A stretch of DNA of 64,000 nucleotides from Actinomycetota bacterium (GTDB taxonomy: Bacteria > Actinomycetota > Actinomycetes > S36-B12 > UBA10799): contig JACJWR010000004.1 in the NCBI GenBank assembly GCA_020637055.1, positions 182,437 through 246,436 of the forward strand. Direction: 5' to 3'. The notes beneath the pieces were generated by a model that did no database searches, was not told where the DNA came from, and was given only the letters and a program-made list of their open reading frames with translations. A program made the position numbers and the translations under genes. Below, piece after piece: positions 53,609-59,315 of the stretch. Positions within the stretch are counted from its first letter, which is position 1. Every line of letters begins with the position of its first letter.

Positions 53609-54055
53609 TCAGTGGGCCTCGGCGGCGGGTTCGACGAGTTCCATGAGCACTCCGCCGCAGTCCTTCGGATGGCAGAAATTGACCCGCGAGCCGGCGGTTC
53701 CACGCTTGGGTGCGTCGTACAACACACGCACACCTGCGCTGCGCAGAGTCTCGGCGGCCAGTTCGATGTCGGTGACCCGCAGCGCCATCTGTTGGATGCC
53801 CTCGCCGTTGCGGGCCAGGAACTTCCCGATCGGTGAGTCCTCACGCAGGGGTGCCAGCAGTTGGATGCAGGAGCCGGAGTCGCCGACCGCCATCATCGCC
53901 TCCCGGACGCCCTGTTCCTCGTTGACCTCCTCGTGGATCATCTCCATACCGAAGGCGCGGCGGTAGAAGGCGATCGCCGCATCCAGATCGGCGACAGCCA
54001 ACCCGACGTGGTCGATGGCGGTGACGTAGGGGGCAACTTCGTTGGGGACGGTCAT
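53609..54055 (-). CDS. mce: methylmalonyl-CoA (ethylmalonyl-CoA) epimerase, VOC/glyoxalase fold
   Basis: 148 aa with [14 protein letters not shown] and a C-terminal [15 protein letters not shown]. Confidence 0.9.
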   Translation of the reverse strand: MTVPNEVAPYVTAIDHVGLAVADLDAAIAFYRRAFGMEMIHEEVNEEQGVREAMMAVGDSGSCIQLLAPLREDSPIGKFLARNGEGIQQMALRVTDIELAAETLRSAGVRVLYDAPKRGTAGSRVNFCHPKDCGGVLMELVEPAAEAH

Positions 54056-54193
54056 GGCGGTGCTCCTCCAAGCGGTGTCAGGCGCAGGTTCGCTGCGCGC
54101 GTATCACGAGTGCTCCGGGGCGGCGACGTGCGCCCTTCCCTTGCTCGTTATCGTTGCAGGCACACTTGTCCAGCCGTTCAGCGGAGGTCGTCC

Positions 54194-55384
54194 ATGTCCG
54201 GGAATGTCATCGTTGCAGGCGCACGCACGCCCATGGGGCGCCTCCTTGGGTCACTCAAGTCGCGTTCCGCGGCCCAACTGGGCGGCGTGGCGATCGCCGG
54301 CGCCCTCGAGCGGGCGGGGGTGGCCCCCGACCAGGTCGACTACGTGATCATGGGTCATGTGCTGCAGGCCGGAACCGGTCAGATCACGGCCCGGCAGGCC
54401 GCCGTCGAGGCGGGCATCCCGATGAACGTGCCGGCGCTGACCATCAACAAGGTCTGCCTGTCGGGCATCGACGCCATCGCTCTGGCCGACCAACTCATCC
54501 GGGCCGGTGAGTTCGACATCGTCGTGGCCGGTGGCATGGAGTCCATGACCAACGCCCCGCACCTGCTGATGGGTTCCCGGGAGGGTGTGAAGTACGGCGA
54601 CTGGAAGGCCATCGATTCGATGGCGTTCGACGGCCTCACCTGCGCCTTCGATCAGTGCGCCATGGGTGAATCGACCGAGCGCTACAACTCCCGCTACTCC
54701 TTCGGCCGGGCCGAGCAGGACGCCTTCGCGGCGGCCTCGCACCAGCGTGCCGCCGAGGCGCAGAAGGCCGGGGCGCTCGCCGAGGAGATCGTCCCGGTGG
54801 CGATTCCGCAGCGCCGCGGGGAGCCGATCCTGGTCGAGGTGGACGAAGGGATCCGGCCGGAGACGACGGCCGAGTCGCTCGGGAAGCTGCGCCCGGCCTT
54901 CGCCAAGGAGGGCACGGTCACCGCCGGCAACGCCTCCCAGATCTCCGACGGTGCCGCGGCTGTTGTGGTGATGAGCAAGGCCAAGGCCGAGGAGCTCGGC
55001 TTGGAGTGGTTGGCCGAGATCGGCGCTCACGGCGTCGTCGCGGGACCGGACGCTTCCCTGCACCTGCAGCCGGCCGAGGCGATCCTGGCCGCCTGCGAGA
55101 AGCAGGGCATCACCCCGGCGGACCTCGACGTGCTCGAGATCAACGAGGCCTTCGCCGCCGTCGGCCTGGCCTCGACCGAGAAGCTTGGCGTCGACGCCGA
55201 GATCGTCAACGTCAACGGCGGCGCGATCGCGCTCGGCCACCCGCTGGGCATGTCCGGCGCCCGAATCGTGCTGAGCCTCGCGCTTGAACTCAAGCGGCGC
55301 GGTGGCGGCATCGGTGCGGCGGCCCTGTGCGGTGGCGGCGGCCAGGGCGATGCCCTGATCGTCACCGTTCCCGCCTCGGAGTAG
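54194..55384 (+). CDS. acetyl-CoA C-acetyltransferase (thiolase II)
   Basis: 396 aa from ATG 54194 (ggagg upstream). It has the active-site Cys region [25 protein letters not shown] and ALCGGGGQG. Confidence 0.93.
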   Translation: MSGNVIVAGARTPMGRLLGSLKSRSAAQLGGVAIAGALERAGVAPDQVDYVIMGHVLQAGTGQITARQAAVEAGIPMNVPALTINKVCLSGIDAIALADQLIRAGEFDIVVAGGMESMTNAPHLLMGSREGVKYGDWKAIDSMAFDGLTCAFDQCAMGESTERYNSRYSFGRAEQDAFAAASHQRAAEAQKAGALAEEIVPVAIPQRRGEPILVEVDEGIRPETTAESLGKLRPAFAKEGTVTAGNASQISDGAAAVVVMSKAKAEELGLEWLAEIGAHGVVAGPDASLHLQPAEAILAACEKQGITPADLDVLEINEAFAAVGLASTEKLGVDAEIVNVNGGAIALGHPLGMSGARIVLSLALELKRRGGGIGAAALCGGGGQGDALIVTVPASE

Positions 55385-55386
55385 CC

Positions 55387-56340
55387 ATGGCGAGGTCCGC
55401 CGATGTACCGGACCTGGTGAGTCGGGCGCGCAACGGAGAACCCCGGGCGGTCGCCCGACTCATCTCGATGGTCGAGGATTCCTCGCCGCAGTTGCGCGAG
55501 GTCGCCGCTACCCTCGCGCCGCACGTCGGCCGCGCGCACATCGTGGGGTTGACCGGTGCCCCCGGCGTGGGCAAGTCGACGACGACTTCCGCTTTGGTGG
55601 CGGCCTATCGCGCCGCGGGCAAGCGAGTCGGGGTGTTGGCGGTCGATCCGTCGTCGCCGTTCTCCGGGGGTGCGTTGCTTGGGGACCGGATCCGGATGCA
55701 GGAGCATGCGCTGGATCCGGATGTGTTCATCCGATCTATGGCATCGCGCGGGCACCTGGGGGGTTTGGCATGGTCGACCCCGCAGGCGCTGCGCGTCCTC
55801 GACGGGGCCGGATGCGACGTCATCCTGGTGGAAACCGTCGGAGTGGGCCAGTCTGAGGTCGAGGTGATCGGGGTCGCCGACACGGTGGTGGTGCTGCTGG
55901 CACCTGGCATGGGTGACGGGATCCAGGCCGCGAAGGCCGGAATCCTGGAGATCGGCGATGTTTTCGCAGTCAACAAGGCCGACCGCGACGGCGCGGACGC
56001 CACAGCTCGGGAGTTGCGCCACATGATCGGACTCGGCGAGCGGCTCGCGGGAGCCTGGCGGCCACCGGTGCTGAAGATGGTCGCCGCTCGGGGCGAGGGC
56101 ATCGACGAGTTGGTGGCGGCCATCGAGAAACATCGCCTGTGGGCCATTGAATCCGGTGCCGGGTTGGTGCGTCGCGAGCGGCGTGCGGCGGAGGAGATCG
56201 AGGCGCTGGCGGTGGAAGCCGTGCGGCGGCGATTGGTCGCCGATCCGGCCGTGCTCGGTGGTTTGGCTGCCGATGTGGCCGCCGGCCTGGAAGATCCCTA
56301 CCAGGCAGCCGATCGGTTGCTGGCGGCCGGCGGCGTCTGA
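55387..56340 (+). CDS. meaB: methylmalonyl-CoA-mutase-associated G-protein chaperone MeaB/ArgK
   Basis: 317 aa from ATG 55387 with the P-loop GAPGVGKST, a switch region (VDPSSPFSGGALLGDRIRM) and NKAD. Confidence 0.92.
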   Translation: MARSADVPDLVSRARNGEPRAVARLISMVEDSSPQLREVAATLAPHVGRAHIVGLTGAPGVGKSTTTSALVAAYRAAGKRVGVLAVDPSSPFSGGALLGDRIRMQEHALDPDVFIRSMASRGHLGGLAWSTPQALRVLDGAGCDVILVETVGVGQSEVEVIGVADTVVVLLAPGMGDGIQAAKAGILEIGDVFAVNKADRDGADATARELRHMIGLGERLAGAWRPPVLKMVAARGEGIDELVAAIEKHRLWAIESGAGLVRRERRAAEEIEALAVEAVRRRLVADPAVLGGLAADVAAGLEDPYQAADRLLAAGGV

Positions 56341-56468
56341 GGTCAGACGGGCCCATCGGAGGCGACCCAGATGGGTGAAACGCATCATCATGGTGATATC
56401 TCCAGTGTTGGGAAGGGAGCCTGCACCCGCGTTGGGCAGGCCAGCCCCGCGCAGGTATGGGGAAGTTC

Positions 56469-56509
56469 CATGGCAAGACCCCGCCAGCCACAACGGCTGC
56501 GGGGCTTCG
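56469..56509 (-). repeat. copy A of the 41-nt terminator-containing repeat
   Basis: catggcaaGaccccgccagccacaacggctgcgggGcttcg is 39/41 identical to 57661-57701. Confidence 0.9.
56479..56504 (-). terminator. hairpin terminator downstream of immunity-position ORF 2
   Basis: The minus strand reads ccccgcagcc-gttgt-ggctggcgggg followed by tcttgcc. It lies 23 nt after the TAG of the 56527-56769 ORF. Confidence 0.55.
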
Positions 56510-56526
56510 GGGAGGCGCTGCTGCGG

Positions 56527-56769
56527 CTAGGAAATGCCAGCTTCGTCGAGCAAGTAGCCGCGGCCAAGCCGGCGGAAACTGGCCGCCAAGTTCGGGGTCG
56601 GCTGGTTGGAGGCCAGCCAGGCCCTGATGGCCTTGTCCTGGGTGGCGACGTCCGCGTCCAGCACACCCAACCGGTGCACCAGGAACTGAAGCACCTGAGG
56701 CGGGCGTGGCGTGCCGTCGTATGGGACGCCGATCATGTCGTCTCTTAGTGCTGGCGAGAGTTTGGGCAT
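56527..56769 (-). CDS. small ORF in immunity position of orphan toxin module 2, function unknown
   Basis: 80 aa (MPKLSPALRDDMIGVPYDGTPRPPQVLQFLVHRLGVLDADV...). The ATG overlaps the TGA of the upstream toxin-like frame (TGATG), with ggagg upstream. A GTG start 3-9 nt upstream is possible. It is followed by a hairpin terminator, and its codon usage is less GC3-biased than the host genes. Confidence 0.4.
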   Translation of the reverse strand: MPKLSPALRDDMIGVPYDGTPRPPQVLQFLVHRLGVLDADVATQDKAIRAWLASNQPTPNLAASFRRLGRGYLLDEAGIS

Positions 56770-57487
56770 CACCACCACACCTCCACGTCAACCACCGGTA
56801 CATCACCAGAGTAGTCCGCCGGCCTGGCGATGAGGAGGTTTGCGTCCGCTGGCATGAGGATTTCGCCTTGGTAGCGCAATCGCGGATCGCCGACCCCTGC
56901 GACCCAGGCTGCTGGGGATGTCTCGCGCAGGCGCACGCGCATCAGCAGCGGCCGGCTGCCGGACGCAAACTCAGCCTCAGCGACCTTGCGCTTCAATGGT
57001 CGTAACCAACAGGGCCCTGGAGGCGGCGGAGCTCCCACGCTCGATGGACGATAACAACGTGGATCAGTTGCGCAGGCCGCGGAACAGAGTGACTCCGGGT
57101 GTGATCCGTCCGAACACGAACGCTTCAAGCACATCGTCTAGCCCGTCTGGGGCCTGATCGCTCAACCCGCGTAGGAATGCTGGATCTTCTCGTAGAACCG
57201 GTCGGTCTTCTGCCACTCCTTCAGCGCCGTGCGCTGGGCGCTTCGGTCAGGTCGCGCGCCCATTGCTCGAAGGCTGTGTCCATTGCGGCCATGGCGGGCG
57301 GCTCGACGGGCTCGGCCGGTGTCAGCAATGGACGGGTGGGGATGGCCCGCCGCTGGCGCCGCCGGTTTCCGCGACGGGCCTACCCGCGGCTACCGCTGGC
57401 TAGTTCCCGCGAGGTGCGCTTGCGGGTCGGGATGGTTGAGGCGCTTCAGTGACGCCGAGGTTGCGGTATTTGGACAGGTCGCAGCGG
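56769..57487 (-). pseudogene. orphan, multiply disrupted toxin C-terminal module (ADP-ribosyltransferase-like motifs)
   Basis: It starts with the 39-nt junction repeat (R-C-DLSKYRNLGVTE). Protein-like stretches then lie in three different frames, separated by stops: AFEQWARDLTEA / RTALKEWQKTDRFYEKIQHSYAG* / LSDQAPDGLDDVLEAFVFGRITPGVTLFRGLRN* / ...EFASGSRPLLMRVRL...LRYQGEILMPADANLLIAR...VVDVEVWW*. FRG, F-A-S-G-S and Q-G-E-ILMP resemble the R / S-x-S / (Q/E)-x-E triad of ARTs. Confidence 0.35.
57449..57487 (-). repeat. junction repeat, copy 2 (39 nt)
   Basis: gtgaCgccgaggttgcggtatttggacaggtcgCagcgg is 37/39 identical to 58533-58571. Confidence 0.9.
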
Positions 57488-57660
57488 GCGCCTGCGCGGG
57501 GATGCTGGCGCCAGCGGACTGGACGGGATCGACTGCGAAGGCCAGCCACGGGAGGCCGGCAGGGTGGCTGAATCGGATGGTCATGCGAGTTTCCCTCCGT
57601 CACGGGGGATAGACGACGTCCCCATCACGGGGACCGGACAAGCATGTGAAGACATGCGGT

Positions 57661-57701
57661 CATGGCAAAACCCCGCCAGCCACAACGGCTGCGGGACTTC
57701 G
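57661..57701 (-). repeat. copy B of the 41-nt terminator-containing repeat
   Basis: catggcaaAaccccgccagccacaacggctgcgggActtcg; see copy A. Confidence 0.9.
57671..57695 (-). terminator. hairpin terminator downstream of immunity-position ORF 1
   Basis: The minus strand reads cccgcagcc-gttgt-ggctggcgggg followed by ttttgcc. It lies about 20 nt after the TAG of the 57716-57979 ORF. Confidence 0.6.
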
Positions 57702-57715
57702 AGGTGTGGGGTCAG

Positions 57716-57979
57716 CTAGGCCAGCACCGGGTCGGTGCGGGAGATGCGGCGGCGGACTGCACTGGCGATGTCGCTCGGCGAGCGTTCAGGGTGGGTGTAG
57801 ATGGTGCCGATCCACGTGTCGTGTGCAGCTGCCGACTCGAACACAACGATGGCGACGTAGACACCTGCTTCGTCCTGGAACCAGAACTCGTCCGGGTCAC
57901 CCGTGGGCGTCATGCCATGGGCGGCGGCGAAGGCCTTGATATCGGCGGCCTGCACAGTCAACTGCGACGGCTTGTTCAC
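57716..57979 (-). CDS. small ORF in immunity position of toxin module 1, function unknown
   Basis: 87 aa from GTG 57979 (VNKPSQLTVQAADIKAFAAAHGMTPTGDPDEFWFQDEAGVYVAIVVFESAAAHDTWIGTIYTHPERS...). gggagg lies 6 nt upstream and the GTG overlaps the toxin-frame TGA (GTGA). GC3 is high and the frame is clean, and a terminator follows. Confidence 0.45.
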   Translation of the reverse strand: MNKPSQLTVQAADIKAFAAAHGMTPTGDPDEFWFQDEAGVYVAIVVFESAAAHDTWIGTIYTHPERSPSDIASAVRRRISRTDPVLA

Positions 57980-59006
57980 TGCGGGCCTCCCTTCACCCAG
58001 TAGCACCAATCCTCACCCTCAGTATGACCGATCAGTAGCACGTGGTCCACCCTGTCGCCACGACCATGGGAACCCATTGCACGCTCGAGTTTCAGCAAGA
58101 GTTGGTCGCGGGTCTGGTCCAGCACCTCGCGGCTATCGAAGATGACGACGTCTGCCTTCTCCGCGCCGTCTGCGAGCAGCTCGCTCCAGCGGGCCGCATT
58201 CGCGGACGTCGGCGTCTTCAGATCGACGGTGAGGCGAAGCGCATCCCAAACAGCGTCCGGTCGCCGCGATTCCCCGTGTGCCGCCTTCACGGAGCGCAGG
58301 AAGACGCCTGCTACACGGCGAAGGAATCTGGCGGCTGACTTCTCTTTCTCCAACTCGTAGAACTTGTCTGGCTTCCGCTTCGGAGCGACGTACTTGTGGC
58401 CCGCTGCAATTGGTTCCTCGTATCCGGGAGGTTCGGGGCTTCCCTCCGGCCGCTTGGCCCTGGCGGCGGCGTCTTGGATGCGGGCGACTTGGATAAGCCG
58501 TGGGGTGACCCATTCCAGTGGGGGGCGGGTCGGTGATGCCGAGGTTGCGGTATTTGGACAGGTCGTAGCGGTGTTCCCGGGCCTTGACCCGGTTGCTGAC
58601 GGTGCGTGCGGCGTCGGCGGGGTCGGTGCGGATGTCGGTGCGGCGGTCGAATCGTGTTTCCAGTTCGGCGCGGCACTTGCAGTGGCGGTGGTAGTTGGAC
58701 TTGCCGCGCGCGGTCTTCGCGGTGGTCTTCGACTTGTAGACGGCGCCGCGGGTGGCGAGCATGAGGCACCACGGGCAGGCGCCGGATTCGGGGACGCGGC
58801 GCCAGGCGGAGAAGCCCACAGTGTCAGCCGGCCAGGACGCGGTCGAGGGACACGTTGCGCATGGCCTCGTGGGCTTCGGTGCCGAAGATGCCGATTAGAT
58901 AGTTCAGCCCGTACACCATGGCCTCGGAGACGTCGACTCCTTGGCTGATGCGCCACAGCACGATGATCGGCGCCCGGCGCAGCGCGGGCGCGGCGGCCTC
59001 CGCGCC
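57976..59006 (-). pseudogene. 5'-truncated, frameshifted phage MuF-like (SPP1 gp7 / Mu F family) minor head protein fragment fused to a C-terminal PD-(D/E)xK-like toxin domain
   Basis: The sequence occupies three frames. (1) 59006-58827 gives ...APIIVLWRISQGVDVSEAMVYGLNYLIGIFGTEAHEAMRNVSLDRVLAG*. (2) 58819-58526 gives VGFSAWRRVPESGACPWCLMLATRGAVYKSKTTAKTARGKSNYHRHCKCRAELE...REHRYDLSKYRNLGITDPPP, where the CxxC...HxHCxC motif is one I associate with actinophage MuF-like proteins. (3) After a C6 run (58520-58525), a +1 frame gives LEWVTPRLIQ...PKRKPDKFYELEKEKSAARFL...ESRRPDAVWDALRLTVDLKTPTS...KADVVIFDSREV...WCYWVKGGPQ*. No start codon or upstream phage genes are present. Confidence 0.5.
58533..58571 (-). 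repeat. junction repeat, copy 1 (39 nt)
   Basis: gtgaTgccgaggttgcggtatttggacaggtcgTagcgg encodes RYDLSKYRNLGIT at the end of the MuF-like part. Confidence 0.9.
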
Positions 59007-59315
59007 TCAGCACACCCCATCAGTCTGTGTACCGTGGCCGAGTGCCGTGCACGCACAGTGCGGGATGCCCAAACCGTGGATGCGGCAGCCGTACCTTGAC
59101 GCAGCCCAGACGCTGTTTTCCGTGCGCATGCCGAGCAAGACCAAGTACATCGTCCGCCGAAGTGAACGAGCCGCGATGCACTTCAAGCGTCGCTGTGTGC
59201 GGGCGTGCAACGTCAACTCACACGATCGCGAGGCACCTCTGCGTCGACACTGGCGAGCAACCAGGGGGTGAACGGTCCCAAGGCACCCTCGACGGTCACG
59301 GACTACCCTGGGCCT

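Noticed and set aside
56341-56468. Possible third toxin/immunity module or small ORF (MMMRFTHLGRL...) at the left edge of the island
   Set aside because: There is no junction repeat, no terminator copy, and no clean frame. The ORF runs antisense into meaB without a stop and looks like a shadow frame.
56371-58003. Two plus-strand ORFs (56371-56748 and 57662-58003) sharing the peptide PRQPQRLR at or near their N-termini; they looked like paralogous small genes
   Set aside because: The shared peptide is just the translation of the 41-nt terminator repeat on the wrong strand. The rest of both ORFs is antisense to the better-supported minus-strand ORFs and looks like junk.
59010-59315. About 300 nt non-coding stretch upstream of icmA, checked for a cobalamin riboswitch
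   Set aside because: I could not find a B12-box-like element or the conserved riboswitch core by eye. Riboswitch control of a B12-dependent mutase would also be atypical. It is more likely a promoter region plus the eroded edge of the insert. A covariance-model scan (Rfam RF00174) would settle it.
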